The notes beneath the pieces were generated by a model. The model saw nothing but the letters and a program-made list of their open reading frames with translations, searched no databases and was not told where the DNA came from. From Bacillota bacterium (GTDB taxonomy: Bacteria > Bacillota > Ch66 > Ch109): DNA of 64,000 nt. The DNA is taken from contig JBMNLH010000007.1 in NCBI GenBank assembly GCA_050952625.1, forward strand, positions 32,001-96,000. The letters run 5' to 3'. The number at the start of each line of letters is the position of its first letter. Within the stretch, counting starts at the first letter, position 1. Below, piece after piece: positions 22,896 through 33,503 of this stretch. Both the position numbers and the translations under genes were made by a program.

Positions 22896-24284
22896 TCAAA
22901 TTCTTTGATCTAAAATAACCTGCTCTTGCAACCTCTTGAGTCCGTTCTTAATCGCTCGGGCTCTTACTTCACCAATTCCCTCAACTTCGTCTAACTCCTC
23001 AATAGAAGCCTTAAGGATACTGGGTAAATTGCCAATTGTCTCGACTAGGTTAGAAATAATCGGCGTAGGCAGGCGAGGGACTTTTTGCAAAATTCGGTAT
23101 CCCCTTGAGGAAACTGATAAATCCAGAATGCTAGCCGAAGCTCCATACCCCAAGGCCCGACCAATTGCTACCAAATCGGTTAATTCTTCTGATGTCCAGC
23201 GATTTAATTGTTCCTGAATTTCTCGGGGTGATTTTTCAGTTGGGAAAACGCCGTAATCTTGAATGACTAACAAGACTTCATTCTCGGCATTACCGGCCAA
23301 TTCGTGCATCTGCATGCTCACCAATCGTCCTTCACTACCCAATTCACAGATATATCCTTCTATCTCCTTAACGATCCGAATTACCAACTGGCAACGTTGA
23401 ATAACCCGGGCCACCTCAAAAACAGTAACCATATCTTCAAATTCTAACGCACTTAGACTAATCAGATCCTTATCTAATACCATCCGATATTTTTCCAGAG
23501 TCTGCAAAGCCTGATTCGCCTTAACCAGCAGCAACCCGATATCTTGGAGCATATACTTGGTAGGACCTTGATAAAGGGTAATTAAACTTCGTCTCTGTGA
23601 GATGGCGATTACCAGTTCTCCGGTTTGCCGAGCCATTCGTTCGGCAGTTCGGTGTCGGATTCCTGTTTCGTGAGACAGTAGTTCTGGATTAGGTACTAAC
23701 TGGGTGTTAGCATAAAGAATTCGTCGGGCATCATGACTTAGAATAATCGCTCCGTCCATTTTCGCCAGTTCATATAGATAAGCGGGAGTAAATTCACAAT
23801 CAATCTTAAATCCGCCTTCAGTGGCTGCCATTACCTGCGGGCCGTCACCGACTACGATTAAAGCCCCCATTTTCCCACGGAGTATATTTTCGATGCCACT
23901 CCGCAGGGCTGTTCCCGGAGCCAAAATTTTTAAAGCCTTCACCAGTTTCTCTTCCAAGAACTTTTCCTCACGATACCGCTCCTCATGATATCGTTCATCT
24001 TTAGTAAACCTATCTTCGCGTAATCGATCATCTCTTTTTTCTTCTTTATCTTCACGCACTTCCCTATTCTCTCCCCGGGTATCTCGCCGTTCTTTAAAAT
24101 CTTTTGACCCTCTTTGATCTTTAACCGGCCGGGCATCCCTTAGCTCCCGATATTCTTTGCTTTCTTTTGTTTCTTTCCCTTCCCGCAGGCGTCGGTCAAC
24201 CGCTACCGCTTGAACTTCTCTTTTCTCCATTAATTCTTCTGCCTTATCCACTGTCCGACTAACTTTGGGCATTCCATTATCCAT
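22896..24284 (-). CDS. disA: DNA integrity scanning diadenylate cyclase with long charged N-terminus
   Basis: APGTALR, ELAKMDGAII, ETGIRHRTAER, C-terminal HhH VEGIGEVRA; GGAGG RBS before ATG 24284. Confidence 0.96.
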   Translation of the reverse strand: MDNGMPKVSRTVDKAEELMEKREVQAVAVDRRLREGKETKESKEYRELRDARPVKDQRGSKDFKERRDTRGENREVREDKEEKRDDRLREDRFTKDERYHEERYREEKFLEEKLVKALKILAPGTALRSGIENILRGKMGALIVVGDGPQVMAATEGGFKIDCEFTPAYLYELAKMDGAIILSHDARRILYANTQLVPNPELLSHETGIRHRTAERMARQTGELVIAISQRRSLITLYQGPTKYMLQDIGLLLVKANQALQTLEKYRMVLDKDLISLSALEFEDMVTVFEVARVIQRCQLVIRIVKEIEGYICELGSEGRLVSMQMHELAGNAENEVLLVIQDYGVFPTEKSPREIQEQLNRWTSEELTDLVAIGRALGYGASASILDLSVSSRGYRILQKVPRLPTPIISNLVETIGNLPSILKASIEELDEVEGIGEVRARAIKNGLKRLQEQVILDQRI

Positions 24285-24350
24285 TCTCGTCTTCCTCCGC
24301 TTTAAAAATCAGACATTGGACCTAAATCAAGATAAACCATGATGACGCTG

Positions 24351-24390
24351 GTGTTTTAACTCAATGAGCAGGCTAGACCGGGAACGAAAA
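24351..24390 (-). repeat. Family C solo arm
   Basis: GTGTTTTAACTCAATGAGCAGGCTAGACCGGGAACGAA is close to the reverse complement of 13932-13969. Confidence 0.75.
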
Positions 24391-24466
24391 TAAAAATGAT
24401 GCAAACCGCCAATTGCTGACCTTCATTATAACACTGCGCAATCAGTCTATGTTACAGCATGAGGGT

Positions 24467-25828
24467 CTAACCCGAAAAAACAACTTCCAAGGCCTCTTCC
24501 AGGGTGACTACGCCAATCAATTCGGTACCGGCAGTGTTTTTCGCTTGTCGCTCATTCCCCTTTGGAATTATCAATTGTTTAAAGCCAAGTCGAGCAGCTT
24601 CCTGCAAGCGTTTATTTATCTGACCCACTGACCGGATTTCCCCGGTTAATCCTATTTCCCCGGTTACTAATAGATCCCTGTTTGCCGGGATTCCTTTAAA
24701 ACTGGAGGCCAATGCCAAGGCAATACCGAGGTCCGCCGCCGGTTCAATTACTTTTGTTCCCCCGACCACATTAACGAAAACATCCTGGTTCAAAATGTTG
24801 AGACCCACTCGCTTTTCCAGCACCGCCAGAATTAATGATACCCGATTGTAATCAGCCCCAGTAATACTCCGACGAGGTTGACCAAATCCCCCCGGTACTA
24901 CCAGGGCTTGAATCTCAACCAATAAAGGCCGTGTTCCCTCTAAAGTAGCCACGACCACCGATCCAGCCGCATTAGTCGGTCGTTCTGTCAAGAACCACTC
25001 TGAGGGATTAGTCACATCCACCAACCCGGTTTCCTGCATCTCGAGAATGCCGCTTTCATTCGTGGAGCCAAAGCGGTTTTTCATTCCACGCAGAATGCGA
25101 AAACTGTGCTGCCGTTCCCCATCGAGATGAAGCACAACATCGACCATATGCTCCAGGACTCGGGGTCCGGCAATTGCCCCATCCTTAGTCACGTGACCGA
25201 CTATCCAAACCACTATCTGCGTCGTTTTGGCTAAATTCATCAAGAAAGCCGTGCTTTCCCGTACTTGGCCCAGGGTACCCGGTGCCATTACCAGTTCCGG
25301 ACAGAAAACGGTTTGAATAGAATCAATAATCACCATCAGAGGGTTAAGCTGCTTGATATGTTCCGCAACAATCCCCAGATCAGCCTCTCCTAGCACCATT
25401 AGCCGGTTTGAGTTTACTCCCAACCGGCTAGCTCTTAAGGCTATCTGCTGAACCGATTCTTCAGCCGTAACATACAAAACTGGTCCATTCTGGTCGGACA
25501 ACCAGCGGGCTACTTGGAGCAATAAGGTAGATTTTCCAACCCCAGGATCTCCGCTCAGGAGGACAAGAGAACCAGGAACAAGTCCCCCACCCAGGACCCG
25601 ATCAACCTCTGCGCTCCCGGTTCGGTAGCGGATACCCGAATCGACTAGAATATCACTAATTACTTGAGGGTTATTGACTGGTTTTTGGTCGGACCTAAGG
25701 GGAAAAGAAGGAGCGGCTGATTTCTCAATAAACGAATTCCATTCCAGACAACTAGGGCAACGGCCCACCCATTTGGCTGTTTCAAATCCGCATTGCTGGC
25801 AAAGGAATTTTGTGCGCGCTTTGGTCAA
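24467..25828 (-). CDS. radA: DNA repair protein RadA/Sms
   Basis: C4 zinc finger CQQCG...CPSC, Walker A GDPGVGKST, KNRFG motif; probable TTG start at 25828. Confidence 0.97.
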   Translation of the reverse strand: MTKARTKFLCQQCGFETAKWVGRCPSCLEWNSFIEKSAAPSFPLRSDQKPVNNPQVISDILVDSGIRYRTGSAEVDRVLGGGLVPGSLVLLSGDPGVGKSTLLLQVARWLSDQNGPVLYVTAEESVQQIALRASRLGVNSNRLMVLGEADLGIVAEHIKQLNPLMVIIDSIQTVFCPELVMAPGTLGQVRESTAFLMNLAKTTQIVVWIVGHVTKDGAIAGPRVLEHMVDVVLHLDGERQHSFRILRGMKNRFGSTNESGILEMQETGLVDVTNPSEWFLTERPTNAAGSVVVATLEGTRPLLVEIQALVVPGGFGQPRRSITGADYNRVSLILAVLEKRVGLNILNQDVFVNVVGGTKVIEPAADLGIALALASSFKGIPANRDLLVTGEIGLTGEIRSVGQINKRLQEAARLGFKQLIIPKGNERQAKNTAGTELIGVVTLEEALEVVFSG

Positions 25829-25910
25829 ACAGCCATCTCTCCTTCTCTTCTCTATTCCGGTCAATTAAGCCCTGTGACAATTATAACATTAATGCATTCG
25901 CGTTGTCAGG

Positions 25911-28346
25911 TTACTTCTCAATGATGATATTATTCTCCCGAGCATCAATCCGTACTAGATCGCCAGCTTGATACTTCCCGCGCAATAGATCCTCGGATAA
26001 CGCGTTTTCTATTAGCCGTTGGATTGCTCGACGGAGTGGTCGAGCACCGTAGGCCGGATCAAAACCCTCTTTAAGCAAGTATTCTTTAGCGGCCTCCGTC
26101 ACTTCTAGTTTGATTCCTTGCTCCGCCAATCGATCGCGCACTTCCCGGAGCATTAGGTCAATAATCTGCTTGAGTTCTGCTTCGGTCAAGTTATGGAAGA
26201 CGATAGTTTCATCAATCCGGTTGAGAAATTCTGGCCGGAAGGTTCGAGTCAATTCATTTAATATTCTTTTTTGCATTTCTTGGTAACGATCCTCTTCTCG
26301 AACGTCCGACCGAAATCCCATTACTCCCTCTCGTTTTAAATGTTGGGCCCCGACATTAGAAGTCATTATCACTACCGAATTGCGAAAATCAACCGTTCGG
26401 CCCTGCGCATCGGTTAAGCGACCGTCATCTAGTAACTGCAGCAAGATATTGAATACCTCTGGGTGGGCTTTTTCTATTTCATCAAAGAGAATGACCGAAT
26501 AGGGTTTACGGCGCACCGCCTCAGTCAACTGTCCTCCCTCATCATAACCGACGTACCCGGGCGGTGAACCTACCAATCGCGAAACGGCGAATTTCTCCAT
26601 ATATTCAGACATATCGATCCTAATTAGATTATCTTCATCGCCAAACATGGCCTCAGCGAGAGCGCGAGCTAATTCTGTTTTGCCGACTCCAGTTGGTCCC
26701 AAGAAGATAAAGGAGCCAACCGGCCGTTTCGGGTTTTTTAGTCCGGCCCGCGCCCGCCTGACGGCGCGAGCAACGGCCTGAACTGCTTCATCCTGGCCAA
26801 TTACCCGTTCGTGTAAAATCTCCTCCAGCCGAATCAGCCGTTCACTTTCCTCTTCTGCCAGTTTATTAACCGGTATCCCGGTCCAAGAAGAGACAATATG
26901 CGCGATATCCTCTTCAGTAACGTTGGCTTCCTCTTGCCCTTGTTTCTGCTTCCAGTTGCTCCGGCGTGAATCTAACTCTTCTTTAATCTTTTGCTCCCGA
27001 TCCCTGAGCTGGGCTGCCTTTTCAAATTCCTGCCCGGCAACCGCCTCTTCTTTTTCTTTCTGGATTTCTTCTAATTGAAGATTAAGGTCCTTCAGGTCCG
27101 TTGGAGTCGTGAAGCTACGCAGCCTCACGCGTGACGAGGCCTCATCAACCAGGTCAATTGCCTTATCTGGCAAGAAACGATCCGTGATATAGCGATCCGA
27201 CAGCCGAGCAGCGGCCAGAATCGCCTCATCGGTGATCTTGACTCGGTGGTGGGCTTCATAGCGATCACGTAAGCCATAGAGAATCTTAATCGTCTCTTCA
27301 ACACTCGGTTCTTCCACCATAATTGGTTGGAATCGTCTTTCCAGGGCCGGATCTTTTTCAATATGCTTTCGATACTCATCCAGCGTGGTTGCTCCGATAC
27401 ACTGCAACTCTCCTCTAGCTAGAGCAGGTTTTAAGATATTAGCCGCATCAATCGCTCCTTCAGCCCCACCCGCACCAATTAAGGTATGCAATTCATCGAT
27501 AAAAATGATCACATTACCGGCACTACGGATCTCGTCAACAATCTTTTTCAGTCTTTCTTCGAACTCGCCGCGATACTTGGTTCCAGCAACGACCGAGGAC
27601 AAATCCAGGGTCAGGACCCTTTTCTCGGTTAGAATTTCGGGCACCTCTTTCTTGATAATGCGCTGGGCCAAACCCTCAGCGATGGCCGTTTTTCCTACCC
27701 CGGGATCCCCGACTAGAACCGGGTTATTCTTGGTCCGACGGCTAAGGATCTGAACTACCCGTTCAATCTCCTTATCGCGGCCAATAACCGGGTCAAGTTT
27801 GCCATCTTTAGCATATGCGGTGAGATCACGACTGAACTGATCCAGCACCTGCGTATTGCCGCCCTGTCGACTGCGTCCGCCTCCGGCCGGTGTGCCCCCG
27901 TATGTTTGCCCAGGTCCTGCCCCGAGCAAGGTCATGAGTTGACTCCGAACTTGTTGTAAATTAGCACCTAGATCATTTAAAACACGAGCCGCTACTCCTT
28001 CGCCCTCCCGAATTAGACCTAATAACAGGTGTTCGGTCCCAACATAACCAGCCCCCTGCTGTCGCGCCTCATCAACTGATAGTTCCAGGACTTTCTTAGT
28101 CCGGGGGGTTAAACCGACTTCTTGGACCGGTGCCGGACCGGTTCCGACCAAGCTAATGATTTTTTCCCGAACTTGCTCCAGATTTATTCCCAGATTGCCT
28201 AACACCCGGGCCGCCACACCTTCACCCTCACGAATCAGGCCCAGGAGCAAATGCTCAGTCCCTACTGCATCGTGCTGAAGCCGACGCGCTTCTTCCTGCG
28301 AGTAGATCAACACTTTTTGGGCTCTTTCTGTGAAACGGGCAAACAT
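25911..28346 (-). CDS. clpC: ATP-dependent Clp protease ATP-binding subunit ClpC
   Basis: Clp-N repeats, GDPGVGKT and [11 protein letters not shown] middle domain, MGF loop. Confidence 0.98.
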   Translation of the reverse strand: MFARFTERAQKVLIYSQEEARRLQHDAVGTEHLLLGLIREGEGVAARVLGNLGINLEQVREKIISLVGTGPAPVQEVGLTPRTKKVLELSVDEARQQGAGYVGTEHLLLGLIREGEGVAARVLNDLGANLQQVRSQLMTLLGAGPGQTYGGTPAGGGRSRQGGNTQVLDQFSRDLTAYAKDGKLDPVIGRDKEIERVVQILSRRTKNNPVLVGDPGVGKTAIAEGLAQRIIKKEVPEILTEKRVLTLDLSSVVAGTKYRGEFEERLKKIVDEIRSAGNVIIFIDELHTLIGAGGAEGAIDAANILKPALARGELQCIGATTLDEYRKHIEKDPALERRFQPIMVEEPSVEETIKILYGLRDRYEAHHRVKITDEAILAAARLSDRYITDRFLPDKAIDLVDEASSRVRLRSFTTPTDLKDLNLQLEEIQKEKEEAVAGQEFEKAAQLRDREQKIKEELDSRRSNWKQKQGQEEANVTEEDIAHIVSSWTGIPVNKLAEEESERLIRLEEILHERVIGQDEAVQAVARAVRRARAGLKNPKRPVGSFIFLGPTGVGKTELARALAEAMFGDEDNLIRIDMSEYMEKFAVSRLVGSPPGYVGYDEGGQLTEAVRRKPYSVILFDEIEKAHPEVFNILLQLLDDGRLTDAQGRTVDFRNSVVIMTSNVGAQHLKREGVMGFRSDVREEDRYQEMQKRILNELTRTFRPEFLNRIDETIVFHNLTEAELKQIIDLMLREVRDRLAEQGIKLEVTEAAKEYLLKEGFDPAYGARPLRRAIQRLIENALSEDLLRGKYQAGDLVRIDARENNIIIEK

Positions 28347-28441
28347 TATACCAGCCCCCTTTCTAGAAAATATTACTTACTTTAATCACAATTTTGCGTT
28401 GTTCTGGGTCACAAAGATTTAATTTTTGTTTTTTGGGCTAG

Positions 28442-29506
28442 TTAGCCCTTTAATTTCTCCGCAATGATTGAGGCACGTTTTATATCCCGAGCACCGGCGT
28501 TCATTTCCCGGCCAGCCAATTTTTGCAAGTAAGCGGGGCGAGTGAGAATAATTAATTCATTTAAAACCCGTAAGTCAGTAGTTTTAATTATTCCTAAATC
28601 AACCCCTAAACGAACATCAGACAGATGGGATAGAGCTTCTTCTGAAGTCATAATCCGGGCATTGGTTAATACCCCCAGGGCTCGGCCAATTCGATCCTCC
28701 AGTTGCAGCCGGGCTTTTTCCATTAAATGTTGCCGTGCTCCCTTTTCTTGCTCGATAATCTGAACCGTAACCGCCGTTAGATTATTAACAATTTCTTCTT
28801 CCCGAGGACCTAAAGTGACCTGATTAGATATCTGAAACAAGTTCCCGGAAGCTTCAGTCCCCTCACCGTATAAGCCCCGCACAACCAAGCCAATCTGCGA
28901 CAAAGTCGGCAGCATCCGCTGGGCTTGATTGGTTATGACTAAGGCCGGCAAATGAAGCATCACTGAGGCCCGCATGCCAGTTCCAACATTTGTCGGACAG
29001 ACTGTAAGATATCCCCACCTTTCATCAAAGGCATAATCCATGTGGGCTTCTAGTCGATTATCAACTTTATCCGCTATTTTCCAGGCCTCATTTACTTGAA
29101 GGCCAGAAAACAAACACTGAATCCGCAGATGGTCTTCCTCATTAATCATTATTGAAATTGCCTCGTCATCTCGGATCGCCAGTCCCCGCCCTCGTCCAGC
29201 GTTTTCGGCTTGTTTAGGACTAATCAGATGCTTTTCCACTAGTATCTGTCGGTCTAAGACTGACAATTCGTTAAGATCTACCACTTCCAGGTTTCCCAGT
29301 TCCTGACGAACCTCTTTTTCCGCCACGATCTGGGCAACTTGATTTACAACATTCTGGGCTTGTTTTTCTGACATAAGATGAGGGAAAGGCACCTCAAGCA
29401 GGTTCCGAGCCAAACGAACTCGACTGCTAATTACTATATCGCTATATGGCCCGCTTCCTTCTAACCACTTACTAAATGGTCGATTAATAATTGATTGAAT
29501 AATCAT
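28442..29506 (-). CDS. mcsB: Protein arginine kinase
   Basis: SSRVRLARN, NEEDHLRIQ, CPTNVGTGMRAS. Confidence 0.97.
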   Translation of the reverse strand: MIIQSIINRPFSKWLEGSGPYSDIVISSRVRLARNLLEVPFPHLMSEKQAQNVVNQVAQIVAEKEVRQELGNLEVVDLNELSVLDRQILVEKHLISPKQAENAGRGRGLAIRDDEAISIMINEEDHLRIQCLFSGLQVNEAWKIADKVDNRLEAHMDYAFDERWGYLTVCPTNVGTGMRASVMLHLPALVITNQAQRMLPTLSQIGLVVRGLYGEGTEASGNLFQISNQVTLGPREEEIVNNLTAVTVQIIEQEKGARQHLMEKARLQLEDRIGRALGVLTNARIMTSEEALSHLSDVRLGVDLGIIKTTDLRVLNELIILTRPAYLQKLAGREMNAGARDIKRASIIAEKLKG

Positions 29507-29526
29507 TTCTGGTGCTCACTCCCCTC

Positions 29527-30051
29527 TTACTCTGCTCTTTTTTTCTCCAGTTCTCGAATCTGGTCACGAATTACAGCTGCCTTTTCAAAAGCTTCTTGTC
29601 GGATAGCAGCTTGTAATTCACCATATAACCTCTCTAACTGCCGCTTAATCCCTAGAACCTTGCCGGTTCTCTGCGGAACCTTCCCGCTGTGCTGGGCGTT
29701 TCCATGAATTTTGCGAAAAAGGGTTTCTAATCGATCGCTAAAATGTTCATAACACTCTCGACAACCAAACTTCCCCTCTTGAGTAAACTCAGGATAACTT
29801 AAATGACACTGTTCACACTGCTGCCCGACAGACACTCCCGCAGACGATAGGCCTAAAAAGTTCTGATCCTGATTTAATAAACTGGCTAGCAATTGCTGAA
29901 AAGAAAAGGTTGGTTGAAAACTGAAGGCAGCCGCCATTTGCTGAAACTCTCGGGCACATTGATCACATAAATGCCGTTCCGTCTTCTGATTATTGATAAT
30001 CTGGGTTATGTGAACCGAAGCTGGTCTTTTTTGACATTCTTCACAAATCAT
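29527..30051 (-). CDS. mcsA: McsB activator, UVR-domain protein
   Basis: Four CxxC motifs, HSGKVP, FEKAAVIRDQIR. Confidence 0.96.
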   Translation of the reverse strand: MICEECQKRPASVHITQIINNQKTERHLCDQCAREFQQMAAAFSFQPTFSFQQLLASLLNQDQNFLGLSSAGVSVGQQCEQCHLSYPEFTQEGKFGCRECYEHFSDRLETLFRKIHGNAQHSGKVPQRTGKVLGIKRQLERLYGELQAAIRQEAFEKAAVIRDQIRELEKKRAE

Positions 30052-30149
30052 TCCTGGTCACCTCCATAAGGTTTATTATTTTCACTTACTAAGGAATTAA
30101 TGGTTTGTTAATAATTGTTTGTATCGTCCGATAACCTTAAGTCATTATT

Positions 30150-30620
30150 CTACGGTATTTCATCTTTAATAACTTCTAATAAGGCTACACGTAGAATTCT
30201 GGCCCTCAAATAGTCACGTTCCGGTAATTCGAGTTGGAGGGTATCGCGATGAATTAGCTTCCGCAGCAATGAAGCTTCTCTAGAAGTAAGCAACCCATCC
30301 TCATATAAACGATCAATCAAGCCTTCACCTACTTGTTGAGAGACCTCGCCTCCTAATTCCTCTAGTAACAAACGACAAACAACATCTAAAGACAACAAAG
30401 GCAGTTTGATTAGTTTGATAAAGCCGCCCCCACCACGTCTGCTCTCTACAACATAACCGCGTTGCAACGAAAATCTGGTACTTAACACATAGTTTATCTG
30501 CGAAGGGGCACACTCAAATAATCCAGCCAATTCGTTCCGCTGTAATTCAAGGACCCCCTTAGGGTTACTGTCAAGCAATTCCTTAAGGTATCGTTCTATT
30601 CGATCCACCAGACTACCCAT
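30150..30620 (-). CDS. ctsR: Class III heat-shock repressor
   Basis: CAPSQINYVLSTRF, ESRRGGGGFI. Confidence 0.97.
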   Translation of the reverse strand: MGSLVDRIERYLKELLDSNPKGVLELQRNELAGLFECAPSQINYVLSTRFSLQRGYVVESRRGGGGFIKLIKLPLLSLDVVCRLLLEELGGEVSQQVGEGLIDRLYEDGLLTSREASLLRKLIHRDTLQLELPERDYLRARILRVALLEVIKDEIP

Positions 30621-30675
30621 TGTTACTACCCCTTCTATCTGTTATTGCTCTCTTGTTGTTCCCTTGTTATTCACC

Positions 30676-30712
30676 TTAACCTTTATTGATCTTTTGACTT
30701 TGTCTGACCTTT
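30676..30712 (-). promoter_or_regulatory. CtsR operator
   Basis: Minus strand GGTCAGA-CAA-AGTCAAA direct heptad repeat just downstream of a TATAAT -10. Confidence 0.8.
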
Positions 30713-30837
30713 ATTGTAATTATAGTATGTACATTTTAAATCATTCCAATCCCATTAACTCCAAAAAAAGTACTTAAAAAACAAAAAACGGCTGCATTTT
30801 GCAACCAGCTAGCTCAGTCTTAGTTATATGACATTTT

Positions 30838-31221
30838 TTAACCATCAACAAGACTGAAGTGATCGGTTTTCTTCCGCAGGGTTCTAATCGCCAAATCGTG
30901 CTCACCTAAAAGTTCGTAAATTGAGAAACGGCTTTCCTTGATCTCTCGCACGTCCGCTTCCATTCGCTCCAAACGGGCTTTTATATTGTCCTGACCTATT
31001 GTTAACTGATTCACTTCTGCTTTTAGATCAGTGACCTCCGCTCTTAGTTCGGTGACCTCTGCTCTTAGTTCGGTGACCTCTGCTCTTAGTTCGGTGACCT
31101 CTGCTCTTAGTTCCTCGACAATACTGTTAGTGTTTCCCGTAATATGAATTAGCTCGGTAACCATTTTAAAAACCTGGTCAAGTCTGTCATCCACGTCTTC
31201 ACCCACTTTCAATTTAATCAT
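30838..31221 (-). CDS. Hypothetical coiled-coil protein
   Basis: ORF with (ELRAEVT)x4 heptads. Confidence 0.65.
   Translation of the reverse strand: MIKLKVGEDVDDRLDQVFKMVTELIHITGNTNSIVEELRAEVTELRAEVTELRAEVTELRAEVTDLKAEVNQLTIGQDNIKARLERMEADVREIKESRFSIYELLGEHDLAIRTLRKKTDHFSLVDG
31030..31112. repeat. 21-bp tandem repeat, 4 copies, in frame
   Basis: Unit GGTGACCTCTGCTCTTAGTTC encodes ELRAEVT on the minus strand. Confidence 0.9.
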
Positions 31222-31352
31222 AAATCTTTCAGTTCTACATGTGCTCCGCTTAATCCTGCTTTATCGCAAATATTTCCTAATGAAAATTACCTAATGAAAA
31301 TTAGGAGATAAAATTAAACAGGCCATCTTATTTTAAAGATGACCTTTAAAAA

Positions 31353-31427
31353 TGGCTCCCCGAGCTGGATTCGAACCAGCAACCCTCCGGTTAACAGCCG
31401 GATGCTCTACCGTTGAGCTATCGAGGA
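31353..31427 (-). tRNA. tRNA-Asn (GTT)
   Basis: TCCTCGATAGCTCAACGG...GGCTGTTAACC...GGAGCCA. Confidence 0.95.
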
Positions 31428-31437
31428 ATAAATATAA

Positions 31438-31554
31438 TCCTGGCAACGACCTACTCTCCCAGGGCGTCTCCACCCAAGTACCATCGGCGCTGGAGGGCTT
31501 AACTGCCGTGTTCGGGATGGGAACGGGTGTTTCCCCTCCGCTATCGTCACCAGA
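31438..31554 (-). rRNA. rrf: 5S rRNA
   Basis: CCCGTTCCCATCCCGAACACGGCAGTTAAG and GATGGTAC...GAGAGTAGGTCGTTGCCAGG on minus strand. Confidence 0.97.
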
Positions 31555-31840
31555 AAATCTAATTCTTAGATTTTAGATATTGGATTTTAGATTGAACCCT
31601 CAAAACTTCACAGCGAATATTTTAGTCTGTCAATCCTTAGCTCAGCCAAGACTGTCAGGGTTTAGCGGGTTACGCCTCACACCTCACGCCTTACTTTTAG
31701 AAAATTAGGTCAAGCCCTCGACCGATTAGTACCAGTCAGCTGAAAACATTGCTGTTCTTACACTCCTGGCCTATCTACCAGCTAGTCTTGCTGGGGTCTT
31801 ACTGGATTGACTCCATGGGAAACCTCATCTTGAGGCCGGT

Positions 31841-31872
<32 letters not shown>

Positions 31873-31924
31873 CCCGAACATAGCTACTCAGCGTTGCCCC
31901 TGGCGGAACAACTGATACACCAGC

Positions 31925-31962
<38 letters not shown>

Positions 31963-31987
31963 CCTCTCAAGTTTCCTGCGCCTGCGA

Positions 31988-32030
<43 letters not shown>

Positions 32031-32035
32031 ACGTA

Positions 32036-32119
<84 letters not shown>

Positions 32120-32148
32120 GCCGTCGATATGAACTCTTGGGCGAGATA

Positions 32149-32185
<37 letters not shown>

Positions 32186-32341
32186 GATGGCCCTTCCACT
32201 CGGAACCACCGGATCACTAAGCCCGACTTTCGTCCCTGCTCGAGATGTCTCTCTCGCAGTCAAGCTCCCTTCTGCCTTTACACTCTCCGAATGATTTCCA
32301 ACCATTCTGAGGGAACCTTTGGGCGCCTCCGTTACGCTTTG

Positions 32342-32377
<36 letters not shown>

Positions 32378-32624
32378 ATGTCCTCACCCTGGTTTACAGG
32401 GCCGAGTTAGAACTTCAGTACACAAAGAGTGGTATCCCACCGTTGGCTCCACAAATCCTGGCGGACTTGCTTCTCTGCCTCCCACCTATCCTGTACATTG
32501 CCTACCAAAATCCAATATCAGGTTGCAGTAAAGCTCCACGGGGTCTTTCTGTCCTGTCGCAGGTAACCGGCATCTTTACCGGTAGTACAATTTCACCGAG
32601 CCCCTCGTTGAGACAGTGCCCAGA

Positions 32625-32709
<85 letters not shown>

Positions 32710-32731
32710 TGGGGCTTCGGTTCAGAGCTTC

Positions 32732-32812
32732 TCCAGCACTCAACCCTATATATCTCCTTTGTGGTATATCTCTATTGATATACAAGATTGATATACAAGG
32801 TTGAGTGCTGGA
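32732..32812 (-). other. 23S rRNA insertion at the tip of helix 68
   Basis: Perfect 14-bp stem TCCAGCACTCAACC/GGTTGAGTGCTGGA around an AT-rich loop; ~74 nt excess between conserved landmarks. Confidence 0.85.
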
Positions 32813-33008
32813 TAACCCCTCCCCTTAACCTTCCAGCACCGGGCAGGCGTCAGCCCCTATACTTCAGCTTTCGCTTTGGCAGGGACCTGTGTTTTTGGTA
32901 AACAGTCGCCTGGGCCTCTTCACTGCGACCCCCTCACGCTCTTTTGTGTTCACAATGTCACGCTACACGGGGTACCCCTTCTCCCGAAGTTACGGGGTCA
33001 TTTTGCCG

Positions 33009-33040
<32 letters not shown>

Positions 33041-33503
33041 AGGATTCTCTCCTCGCCTACCTGTGTCGGTTTGCGGTACGGGCACCCTTTTGCCTTGCTA
33101 GAGGCTTTTCTTGGCAGTTTGGGTTCAGCGACTTCGGTACTTAGTTTTCCCTCGGCGTCACCTCTCAGGGTTCACGTAAGACGGATTTGCCTATCTTACC
33201 CCCTACCAGCTTGCGCGTACTCGACCAACGGTACGCTTCGCCTACCCTCCTGCGTCCCCCCTTCGCTCGAGCGGCTTGGGGTGGTACCGGAATTTCCACC
33301 GGTTGTCCATCGCCTACGCCTTTCGGCCTCAGCTTAGGTCCCGACTTACCCTGGGCGGACGAGCCTTCCCCAGGAAACCTTAGGCTTTCGGCGGGCAGGA
33401 TTCTCACCTGCCTTTTCGCTTACTCATACCGGCATTATCTCTTCCCACCGCTCCACCATCCCTTCCAGGATGACTTCCACGCTGTGGGAACGCTCCCCTA
33501 CCA

